Assembly: GCF_964355755.1 (NCBI RefSeq)
Contig: NW_027306095.1
Coordinates: forward strand, 434,001 to 498,000
Origin: Antedon mediterranea
Lineage: Eukaryota; Animalia; Echinodermata
DNA length: 64,000 nucleotides
Direction of reading: 5' to 3'
In this document: positions 53,000 through 64,000 of the stretch, piece after piece
How the letters are laid out: every line of letters begins with the position of its first letter
Position numbering within the stretch: position 1 is the stretch's first letter
Made by a program: the position numbers and the translations under genes
Notes under the pieces: model-generated
Database searches by the model: none
Seen by the model: only the letters and a program-made list of their open reading frames with translations
Told to the model about the DNA's origin: nothing

Positions 53000-55107
53000 A
53001 TTGTCTAAAACGTCTCTAAATGCGATTTGAAGCTATTTTGTGCACTTTGTCGTTTTTGTGTGAAAAGTTTCATCGAAATGCTCAAAATGGTCTAAAACGT
53101 TTCCAAATGCGATTTGAAGCAATTTTGTGCACTTTGATGTTTTTGTGTGAAAAGTTTCATCGAAATGCACAAAATGGTCTAAAACGTCTGCAATTGCGAT
53201 TTGAAGTTATTTTGTGCACTTTGATGTTTTGTGTGAAAAGTTTTATCGAAATGCTCAAAATGGTCTAAAACGTTTCCAAATGCGATTTGAAGCAATTTGG
53301 TGCACTTTGATGTTTTTGTGTAATCCAGTTTCATCGAAATGTACAAAATTCTCAAAAACGTCTCTAAATGCGATTTGAAGCTATTTTGTGCACTTTGTCG
53401 TTTTTGTGTGAAAAGTTTTTTCGAATTGCACAAAATGGTCTAAAACGTCTCCAATTGCGATTTGAAGTTATTTTGTGCACTTTGATGTTTTGTGTGAAAA
53501 GTTTTATCGAAATGCTCAAAATGGTCTAAAACGGTTTCAAATGTGATTTTAAGCACTTTGATATTTTTGTATAATCAAGTTAAATCGAAATAGACAAAAT
53601 GGTCTAAAACGTCTGCAAATGCGATTTAAAGCTATTTTGTGCACTTTAATGTTTTGTGTGAAAAGTTTTATCGAAATTCTCAAAATGGTCTAAAACGGTT
53701 TCAAATGTGATTTTAAGCACTTTGATGTTTTTGTGTAATCAAGTTTCATCGAAAAGCACAAAATGGTTTAAAACGTCTGCAAACGCGATTTGAAGCTATT
53801 TTGTGCACTTTGATGTTTTTGTGTGAAAAGTTTCATCGAAATGCACAAAATTGTCTAAAACGTTTCCAAATACGATATTAAGCTATTGTATGCACTTTGA
53901 TGTTTTTGAGTGAAAAGTTTTTTCGAAATGCACAAAATGGTCTAAAACGTCTCCTAATGCGATTTGAAGCTATTTTGTGCACTTTGATGTTTTTTTGTGA
54001 AAAGTTTCATCGAAATGCACAAAATTGTCTAAAACGTCTCTAAATGCGATTTGAAGCTATTTTGTGCACTTTGTCGTTTTTGTGTGAAAAGTTTCATCGA
54101 AATGCTCAAAATGGTCTAAAACGTTTCCAAATGCGATTTGAAGCAATTTTGTGCACTTTGATGTTTTTGTGTGAAAAGTTTCATCGAAATGCACAAAATG
54201 GTCTAAAACGTCTGCAAATGCGATTTGAAGCTATTTTGTGCACTTTGTCGTTTTTGTGTGAAAAGTTTTTTCGAAATGCACAGAATGGTCTAAAACGTCT
54301 CCAATTGCGATTTGAAGTTATTTTGTGCACTTTGATGTTTTGTGTGAAAAGTTTTATCGAAATGCTCAAAATGGTCTAAAACGTTTCCAAATGCGATTTG
54401 AAGCAATTTGGTGCACTTTGATGTTTTTGTGTAATCCAGTTTCATCGAAATGTACAAAATTCTCAAAAACGTCTCTAAATGCGATTTGAAGCTATTTTGT
54501 GCACTTTGTCGTTTTTGTGTGAAAAGTTTTTTCGAATTGCACAAAATGGTCTAAAACGTCTCCAATTGCGATTTGAAGTTATTTTGTGCACTTTGATGTT
54601 TTGTGTGAAAAGTTTTATCGAAATGCTCAAAATGGTCTAAAACGGTTTCAAATGTGATTTTAAGCACTTTGATATTTTTGTATAATCAAGTTAAATCGAA
54701 ATAGACAAAATGGTCTAAAACGTCTGCAAATGCGATTTAAAGCTATTTTGTTCACTTTAATGTTTTGTGTGAAAAGTTTTATCGAAATTCTCAAAATGGT
54801 CTAAAACGGTTTCAAATGTGATTTTAAGCACTTTGATGTTTTTGTGTAATCAAGTTTCATCGAAAAGCACAAAATGGTTTAAAACGTCTGCAAACGCGAT
54901 TTGAAGCTATTTTGTGCACTTTGATGTTTTTGTGTGAAAAGTTTCATCGAAATGCACAAAATTGTCTAAAACGTTTCCAAATACGATATTAAGCTATTGT
55001 ATGCACTTTGATGTTTTTGAGTGAAAAGTTTTTTCGAAATGCACAAAATGGTCTAAAACGTCTCCTAATGCGATTTGAAGCTATTTTGTGCACTTTGATG
55101 TTTTTTT
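53000..55107 (+). repeat. Tandem duplication, period 1111 bp
   Basis: ORFs 53179/54290. Markers GCAATTTGGTGC, ATTCTCAAAAACG, TAGACAAAAT, AAACGCGATT and CTCCTAATGC occur in both copies. Confidence 0.9.
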
Positions 55108-56989
55108 CTGAAAAGTTTCATCGAAATGCACAAAATGGTCTAAAACGTCTCTAAATGCGATTTGAAGCTATTTTGTGCACTTTGATGTTTTTGTGTGAAA
55201 AGTTTCATCGAAATGCACAAAATGGTCTAAAACGTCTCTAAATGCGATTTGAAGTTATTTTGTGCACTTTGATGTTTTGTGTGAAAAGTTTTATCGAAAT
55301 GCTCAAAATGGTCTAAAACGGTTTCAAATGTGATTTTAAGCACTTTGATATTTTTGTGTAATCAAGTTTCATCGAAATGCACAAAATGGTCTAAAACGTC
55401 TCCAAATGCGATTTGAAGCTATTTTGTGCACTTTAATGTTTTGTGTGAAAAGTTTTATCGAAATTCTCAAAATGGTCTAAAACGGTTTCAAATGTGATTT
55501 TAAGCACTTTGATGTTTTTGTGTAATCAAGTTTCATCGAAATGCACAAAATGGTTTAAAACGTCTGCAAATGCGATTTGAAGCTATTTTGTGCACTTTGA
55601 TGTTTTTGTGTGAAAAGTTTCATCGAAATGCACAAAATTGTCTAAAACGTTTCCAAATACGATATTAAGCTATTGTATGCACTTTGATGTTTTTGAGTGA
55701 AAAGTTTTTTCGAAATGCACAAAATGGTCTAAAACGTCTCCAAATGCGATTTGGAGCTCTTTTGTGCACTTTGATGTTTTGTGTAAAAAGTTTGCTATTT
55801 TGTGCACTTTAATGTTTTGTGTGAAAAGTTTTATCGAAATGCTCAAAATTGTCTAAAACGGTTTCAAATGTGATTTTAAGCACTTTGATATTTTTGTGTA
55901 ATCAAGTTTTTTCGAAATGCACAACATGGTCTAAAACGTCTCCAAATGCGATTTGAAGCTATTTTGTGCACTTTGATGTTTTTGTGTGAAAAGTTTCATC
56001 GAAATGCACAAAATGGTCTAAAACGTCTCTAAATGCGATTTAAAGCTATTTTGTGCACTTTGTCGTTTTTGTGTGAAAAGTTTCATCGAAATGCTCAAAA
56101 TGGTCTAAAACGTCTCCAAATGCGATTTGAAGCTATTTTGTGCACTTTGTCGTTTTTGTGTGAAAAGTTTCATCGAAATGCTCAAAATGGTCTAAAACGT
56201 CTCTAAATGCGATTTGAAGCTATTTTGTGCACTTTGATGTTTTTTTGTGAAAAGTTTCATCGAAATGCACAAAATGGTCTAAAACGTCTCTAAATGCGAT
56301 TTGAAGCTATTTTGTGCACTTTGATGTTTTTGTGTGAAAAGTTTCATCGAAATGCACAAAATGGTCTAAAACGTCTCTAAATGCGATTTGAAGCTATTTT
56401 GTGCACTTTGATGTTTTTTTGTGAAAAGTTTCTTCGAAATGCACAAAATGGTCTAAAACGTCTCTAAATGCGATTTGAAGCTATTTTGTGCACTTTGTCG
56501 TTTTTGTGTGAAAAGTTTCATCGAAATGCTCAAAATGGTCTAAAACGTCTCCAAATGCGATTTGAAGCAATTTTGTGCACTTTGATGTTTTTGTGTGAAA
56601 AGTTTCATCGAAATGCACAAAATGGTCTAAAACGTCTGCAAATGCGATTTGAAGCTATTTTGTGCACTTTGATGTTTTGTGTAATCCAGTTTCATCGAAA
56701 TGTACAAAATTGTCTAAAACGTCTCTAAATGCGATTTGAAGCTATTTTGTGCACTTTGTCGTTTTTGTGTGAAAAGTTTTTTCGAAATGCACAAAATGGT
56801 CTAAAACGTCTCTAAATGCGATTTGAAGCTATTTTGTGCACTTTGTCGTTTTTGTGTGAAAAGTTTCATCGAAATACTCAAAATGGTCTAAAACGTCTCC
56901 AAATGCGATTTGAAGCTATTTTGTGCACTTTGATGTTTTTGTGTGAAAAGTTTCATCGAAATGCACAAAATGGTCTAAAACGTCTCCAA

Positions 56990-57730
56990 ATATGATATTA
57001 AGCTATTGTATGCACTTTGTTGTTTTTATCTGAAAAGTTTTCACGAAATGCACAAAATGATCTAAAACGTCTCTAAATGCGATTTGAAGTTATTTTGTGC
57101 ACTTTAATGTTTTGTGTGAAAAGTTTTAACGAAAAGCACAAAATGGTCTAAAACGTCTCCAAATGCGATTTGAAGCTATTTTGTGCACTTTGATGTTTTG
57201 TGTGAAAAGTTTCACCAAAATGCAAAAAATGGTCTAAAACGTCTCCAAATCCGTTTTGAAGCTAATCTAAGCACTTTGATGTTTTTATGTTAAACAGGTT
57301 TTTTCGAAATGCACAAAATGGTCTAAAACGTCTCCAAATACGATTTGAAGCTCTTTTGTGCACTTTGATGTTTTGTGTAATAAGTTTTATAGAAACGCAC
57401 AAAATGGTCTAAAACGGTTTCAAATGTGATTTTAAGCACTTTGATATTTTTGTTTAACCAAGTTTCATCGAAATGCACAAAATGGTCTAAAACGTCTCCA
57501 AATGCGATTTGAAGCTGTTTTTGTGTGAAAAGTTTTTTCGAAATACACAAAATGGTCTAAAACGTCTCCAAATGCGATTTGGAGCTCTTTTGTGCACTTT
57601 GATGTTTTGTGTCAAAAGTTTTATAGAAATGCTCGAAATGGTCTAAAACGGTATCAAATGTGATTTTAAGCACTTTCATGTTTTTGTGTAGCCAAGTTTC
57701 ATCGAAATGCACAAAAAAATCTAAAACGTC
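56990..57730 (+). repeat. Diverged monomer island adjacent to the inversion junction
   Basis: Shares TTGTTGTTTTTATCTGAAAAG, TTCACCAAAATG, TCCGTTTTGAAGCTAATCTAAGC, AATAAGTTTTATAGAAACGC and TTTAACCAAG with ~31250-31950. Confidence 0.9.
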
Positions 57731-57780
57731 TCCAAATGCGATTTAAAGCTATTTTGTGCACTTTGTCGTTTTTGTGTGAA

Positions 57781-57812
57781 AAGTTTCATCGAAATGCATT
57801 TCGATGTAACTT
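57781..57812. other. Inversion junction / palindrome
   Basis: AAGTTT-CATCGAAATG|CATTTCGATG-TAACTT: perfect 20-bp palindrome at 57787-57806, extending to 32 bp with one mismatched pair. Confidence 0.97.
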
Positions 57813-60800
57813 GATTACACAAAAATATCAAAGTGCTTAAAATCACATTTGAAACCGTTTTAGACCATTTTGAGCATTTCGATAAAACTTTTCACACAAA
57901 ACATCAAAGTGCACAAAATAACTTCAAATCGCAATTGGAGACGTTTTAGACCATTTTGTGCATTTCGATGAAACTTTTCACACAAAAACGACAAAGTGCA
58001 CAAAATAGCTTCAAATCGCATTTAGAGACGTTTTAGACAATTTTGTACATTTCGATGAAACTGGATTACACAAAACATCAAAGTGCACAAAATTGCTTCA
58101 AATCGCATTTGGAGACGTTTTAGACCATTTTGTGCATTTCGAAAAAACTTTTCACACAAAAACGACAAAGTGCACAAAATATCTTCAAATCGCATTTAGA
58201 GACGTTTTAGACCATTTTGTGCATTTCGATGAAACTTTTCACACAAAAACATCAAAGTGCACAAAATAGCTTCAAATCGCATTTAGAGACGTTTTAGACC
58301 ATTTTGTGCATTTCGATGAAACTTTTCACACAAAAACATCAAAGTGCACAAAATAGCTTCAAATCGCATTTGGAGACGTTTTAGACCATGTTGTGCATTT
58401 CGAAAAAACTTGATTACACAAAAATATCAAAGTGCTTAAAATCACATTTGAAACCGTTTTAGACAATTTTGAGCATTTCGATAAAACTTTTCACACAAAA
58501 CATTAAAAGTGCACAAAATAGCAAACTTTTTACACAAAAAAAATTAAAGTGCACAAAAGAGCTCCAAATCGCATTTGGAGACGTTTTAGAACATTTTGTG
58601 CATTTCGAAAAAACTTTTCACTCAAAAACATCAAAGTGCATACAATAGCTTAATATCGTATTTGGAGACGTTTTAGACAATTTTGTGCATTTCGATGAAA
58701 CTTTTCACAAAAAAACATCAAAGTGCACAAAATAGCTTCAAATCGCATTTGCAGACGTTTTAAACCATTTTGTGCATTTTGATGAAACTTGATTACACAA
58801 AAACATCAAAGTGCTTAAAATCACATTTGAAACCGTTTTAGACCATTTTGAGAATTTGGATAAAACTTTTCACACAAAACATTAAAGTGCACAAAATAGC
58901 TTTAAATCGCATTTGCAGACGTTTTATACCATTTTGTGCATTTCGATGAAACTTGATTACACAAAAATATCAAAGTGCTTAAAATCACATTTGAAACCGT
59001 TTTAGACAATTTTGAGCATTTCGATAAAACTTTTCACACAAAACATCAAAGTGCACAAAATAACTTCAAATCGCAATTGGAGACGTTTTAGACCATTTTG
59101 TGCATTTCGAAAAAACTTTTCACACAAAAACGACAAAGTGCACAAAATAGCTTCAAATCGCATTTAGAGACGTTTTAGACAATTTTGTACATTTCGATGA
59201 AACTGGATTACACAAAACATCAAAGTGCACAAAATTGCTTCAAATCGCATTTGGAGACGTTTTAGACCATTTTGTGCATTTCGAAAAAACTTTTCACACA
59301 AAAACGACAAAGTGCACAAAATAGCTTCAAATCGCATTTAGAGACGTTTTAGACAATTTTGTGCATTTCGATGAAACTTTTCACACAAAAACATCAAAGT
59401 GCACAAAATAGCTTCAAATCGCATTTTGAGAGGTTTTAGACAATTTTGTACATTTCGATGAAACTGGATTACACAAAACATCAAAGTGCACAAAATAGCT
59501 TCAAATCCCATTTGCAGACGTTTTAAACCATTTTGTGCATTTCGATGAAACTTGATTACACAAAAACATCAAAGTGCTTAAAATCACATTTGAAACCGTT
59601 TTAGACCATTTTGAGAATTTCGATAAAACTTTTCACACAAAACATTAAAGTGCACAAAATAGCTTTAAATCGCATTTGCAGACGTTTTAGACCATTTTGT
59701 GCATTTCGATGAAACTTGATTACACAAAAATATCAAAGTGCTTAAAATCACATTTGAAACCGTTTTAGACCATTTTGAGCATTTCGATAAAACTTTTCAC
59801 ACAAAACATCAAAGTGCACAAAATAACTTCAAATCGCAATTGAAACCGTTTTAGACCATTTTGTGCATTTCGATGAAACTTTTCACACAAAAACATCAAA
59901 GTGCACAAAATAGCTTCAAATCGCATTTGTAGACGTTTTAGACCATTTTGAGCATTTCGATGAAACTTTTCACATAAAAACGACAAAGTGCACAAAATAG
60001 CTTCAAATCGCATTTAGAGACGTTTTAGACAATTTTGTACATTTCGATGAAACTGGATTACAAAAAACATCAAAGTGCACAAAATAGCTTCAAATCGCAT
60101 TTGCAGACGTTTTAAACCATTTTGTGCATTTCGATGAAACTTGATTACACAAAAACATCAAGGTGCTTAAAATCACATTTGAAACCGTTTTAGACCATTT
60201 TGAGCATTTCGATAAAACTTTTCACACAAAACATTAAAGTGCACAAAATAGCTTCAAATCGCATTTGGAGACGTTTTAGACCATTTTGAGCATTTCGATG
60301 AAACTTTTCACACAAAAACGACAAAGTGCACAAAATAGCTTCAAATCGCATTTAGAGACGTTTTAGACAATTTTTTACATTTCGATGAAACTGGATTACA
60401 CAAAACATCAAAGTGCACAAAATAGCTTCAAATCGCATTTGCAGACGTTTTAAACCATTTTGAGCATTTCGATGAAACTTTTCACACAAAAACGACAAAG
60501 TGCACAAAATAGCTTTAAATCGCATTTAGAGACGTTTTAGACCATTTTGTGCATTTCGATGAAACTTTTCACACAAAAACATCAAAGTGCACAAAATAGC
60601 TTCAAATCGCATTTGGAGACGTTTTAGACCATGTTGTGCATTTCGAAAAAACTTGATTACACAAAAATATCAAAGTGCTTAAAATCACATTTGAAACCGT
60701 TTTAGACAATTTTGAGCATTTCGATAAAACTTTTCACACAAAACATTAAAGTGCACAAAATAGCAAACTTTTTACACAAAACATCAAAGTGCACAAAAGA

Positions 60801-63800
60801 GCTCCAAATCGCATTGGGAGACGTTTTAGAACATTTTGTGCATTTCAATGAAACTTTTCACACAAAAACATCAAAGTGCACAAAATTGCTTCAAATCGCA
60901 TTTGGAGACGTTTTAGACCATTTTGAGCAATTCGATGAAACTTTTCACACAAAAACGACAAAGTGCACAAAATAGCTTCAAATCGCATTTAGAGACGTTT
61001 TAGACAATTTTGTGCCTTTCGATGAAACTTTTCACAAAAAAACATCAAAGTGCACAAAATAGCTTCAAATCGCATTTGCAGACGTTTTAGACCATTTTGT
61101 GCATTTCGATGAAACTTTTCACACAAAAACATCAAAGTGCACAAAATTGCTTCAAATCGCATTTAGAGACGTTTTAGACCATTTTGTGCATTTCGATGAA
61201 ACTTTTCACACAAAAACATCAAAGTGCACAAAATAGCTTCAAATCGCATTTGCAGACGTTTTAGACCATTTTGTGCATTTCGATGAAACTTTTCACACAA
61301 AAACGACAAAGTGCACAAAATATCTTCAAATCGCATTTGGAGACGTTTTAGACCATTTTGAGCATTTCGATGAAACTTTTCACACAAAAACGACAAAGTG
61401 CACAAAATAGCTTCAAATCGCATTTAGAGACGTTTTAGACCATTTTGTGCATTTCGATGAAACTTTTCACAAAAAAACATCAAAGTGCACTAAATAGCTT
61501 CAAATCGCATTTAGAGACGTTTTAGACCATTTTGTGCATTTCGATGAAACTTTTCAGAAAAAAACATCAAAGTGCACAAAATAGCTTCAAATCGCATTTG
61601 GAGACGTTTTAGACCATTTTGAGCATTTCGATGAAACTTTTCACAAAAAAACGACAAAGTGCACAAAATAGCTTCAAATCGCATTTAGAGACGTTTTAGA
61701 CCATTTTGTGCATTTCGATGAAACTTTTCACACAAAAACATCAAAGTGCACAAAATAGCTTCAAATCCCATTTAGAGACGTTTTAGACCATTTTGTGTAT
61801 TTCGATGAAACTTTTCACACAAAAACATCAAAGTGCACAAAATAGCTTCAAATCGCATTTGGAGACGTTTTAGACCATGTTGTGCATTTCGAAAAAACTT
61901 GATTACACAAAAATATCAAAGTGCTTAAAATCACATTTGAAACCGTTTTAGACAATTTTGAGCATTTCGATAAAACTTTTCACACAAAACATTAAAGTGC
62001 ACAAAATAGCAAACTTTTTACACAAAACATCAAAGTGCACAAAAGAGCTCCAAATCGCATTGGGAGACGTTTTAGACCATTTTGTGCATTTCGAAAAAAC
62101 TTTTCACTCAAAAACATCAAAGTGCATACAATAGCTTAATATCGTATTTGGAGACGTTTTAGACAATTTTGTGCATTTCGATGAAACTTTTCACACAAAA
62201 ACATCAAAGTGCACAAAATAGCTTCAAATCGCATTTGCAGACGTTTTAAACCATTTTGTGCATTTCGATGAAACTTGATTACACAAAACATCAAAGTGCT
62301 TAAAATCACATTTGAAACCGTTTTAGACCATTTTGAGAATTTCGATAAAACTTTACACACAAAAACATCAAAGTGCACAAAATAGCTTCAAATCGCATTT
62401 AGAGACGTTTTAGACCATTTTGTGTATTTCGATGAAACTTTTCACACAAAAACATCAAAGTGCACAAAATAGCTTCAAATCGCATTTGGAGACGTTTTAG
62501 ACCATGTTGTGCATTTCGAAAAAACTTGATTACACAAAAATATCAAAGTGCTTAAAATCACATTTGAAACCGTTTTAGACAATTTTGAGCATTTCGATAA
62601 AACTTTTCACACAAAACATTAAAGTGCACAAAATAGCAAACTTTTTACACAAAACATCAAAGTGCACAAAAGAGCTCCAAATCGCATTGGGAGACGTTTT
62701 AGACCATTTTGTGCATTTCGAAAAAACTTTTCACTCAAAAACATCAAAGTGCATACAAGAGCTTAATATCGTATTTGGAGACGTTTTAGACAATTTTGTG
62801 CATTTCGATGAAACTTTTCACACAAAAACATCAAAGTGCACAAAATAGCTTCAAATCGCATTTGCAGACGTTTTAAACCATTTTGTGCATTTCGATGAAA
62901 CTTGATTACACAAAAACATCAAAGTGCTTAAAATCTCAATTGAAACCGTTTTAGACCATTTTGAGAATTTCGATAAAACTTTTCACACAAAACATTAAAG
63001 TGCACAAAATAGCTTTAAATCGCATTTGCAGACGTTTTAGACCATTTTGTGCATTTTGATGAAACTTGATTACACAAAAATATCAAAGTGCTTAAAATCA
63101 CATTTGAAACCGTTTTAGACCATTTTGAGCATTTCGATAAAACTTTTCACACAAAACATCAAAGTGCACAAAATAACTTCAAATCGCAATTGGAGACGTT
63201 TTAGACCATTTTGTGCATTTCGAAAAAACTTTTCACACAAAAACGACAAAGTGCACAAAATAGCTTCAAATCGCATTTTCAGACGTTTTAGACCATTTTG
63301 TGCATTTCGATGAAACTTTTCACACAAAAACATCAAAGTGCACAAAATTGCTTCAAATCGCATTTGGAGACGTTTTAGACCATTTTGAGCATTTCGATGA
63401 AACTTTTCACACAAAAACGACAAAGTGCACAAAATAGCTTCAAATCGCATTTAGAGACGTTTTAGACCATTTTGTGCATTTCGATGAAACTTTTCACAAA
63501 AAAACATCAAAGTGCACAAAATAGCTTCAAATCGCATTTAGAGACGTTTTAGACCATTTTGTGCATTTCGATGAAACTTTTCACACAAAAACATCAAAGT
63601 GCACAAAATAGCTTCAAATCGCATTTAGAGACGTTTTAGACCATTTTGTGCATTTCGATGAAACTTTTCACAAAAAAACATCAAAGTGCACAAAATAGCT
63701 TCAAATCGCATTTGGAGACGTTTTAGACCATTTTGAGCATTTCGATGAAACTTGATTACACAAAAATATCAAAGTGCTTAAAATCACATTTGAAACCGTT

Positions 63801-64000
63801 TTAGACCATTTTGAGCATTTCGATAAAACTTTTCACACAAAACATCAAAGTGCACAAAATAACTTCAAATCGCATTTGGAGACGTTTTAGACCATTTTGT
63901 GCATTTCGAATAAACTTTTCACACAAAAACATCAAAGTGCACAAAATAGCTTCAAATCGCATTTGGAGACGTTTTAGACCATGTTGTGCATTTCGAAAAA
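57797..64000 (-). repeat. Same satellite in inverted orientation (runs off right edge)
   Basis: From 57797 the sequence reads CATTTCGATG..., GTGCACAAAATAGCTTCAAATCGCAT, the reverse complement of the monomer. The MRFEAIL pseudo-ORFs move to the minus strand. Confidence 0.99.

Larger units (their letters stand above)
1..57796 (+). repeat. Tandem satellite array, 87-bp monomer family, forward orientation (runs off left edge)
   Basis: Continuous head-to-tail copies of ATGCGATTTGAAGC...AAAACGTCTC(C/T)AA, with starts 87 bp apart (e.g. 2136, 2223, 2310, 2397). No non-satellite sequence seen. Confidence 0.99.

Noticed and set aside
57787-57806. Fold-back sequencing/assembly artefact as explanation of the strand switch
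   Set aside because: The arms differ beyond ~16 bp from the centre in monomer type and order, and the left-arm diverged island is not mirrored. Considered unlikely, but read support is still needed.
71-63450. Dozens of 60-115 aa ORFs with repeating MRFEAILCTLMFLCEKFHRNAQNGLKRLQ and antisense equivalents
   Set aside because: 87 bp equals 29 codons, so frames stay open by chance. Stops (CTCTAA) and frameshifting 86/124-bp monomers are frequent, and there is no sign of codon-level constraint or a known domain.
1-64000. CRISPR-like array (regular, partly palindromic repeats)
   Set aside because: There are no unique spacers, the entire unit is repeated, and no cas genes or leader are present.
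1-64000. Assignment to a named satellite, species, CENP-B box, telomeric repeat, 5S rDNA or tRNA array
   Set aside because: I recognise no such motif with confidence; a Dfam/Repbase/BLAST search would be required.
1-64000. Monomer variants as an information-encoding or programmed diversity system
   Set aside because: The order is explained by nested duplication and unequal exchange. No recombinase, reverse transcriptase or expression site is present.

Overview
The whole 64-kb window is one AT-rich (~35% GC) tandem satellite array, typical of eukaryotic centromeric, pericentromeric or other heterochromatic DNA. I cannot identify the organism or a named family. The consensus monomer is 87 bp (ATGCGATTTGAAGCTATTTTGTGCACTTTGATGTTTTTGTGTGAAAAGTTTCATCGAAATGCACAAAATGGTCTAAAACGTCTCCAA), about 730 monomers by length estimate. 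Stable 86-, 78- and 124-bp variants occur in a recurring order (a 704-bp 8-monomer cassette) separated by variable runs of 87-mers. Nested duplications have offsets of about 627, 637, 1055, 1111, 1748, 2517, 3611, 7606, 8118 and 33,465 bp. The array switches strand at a 20-bp perfect palindrome centred at 57796/57797. I found no genes, RNA genes, transposons or CRISPR arrays, and all listed ORFs are artefacts of the 87-bp (29-codon) period. I see no protein-coding 'system'; the interesting biology is structural. Duplication boundaries were read by eye and from ORF-track offsets, so they are approximate.
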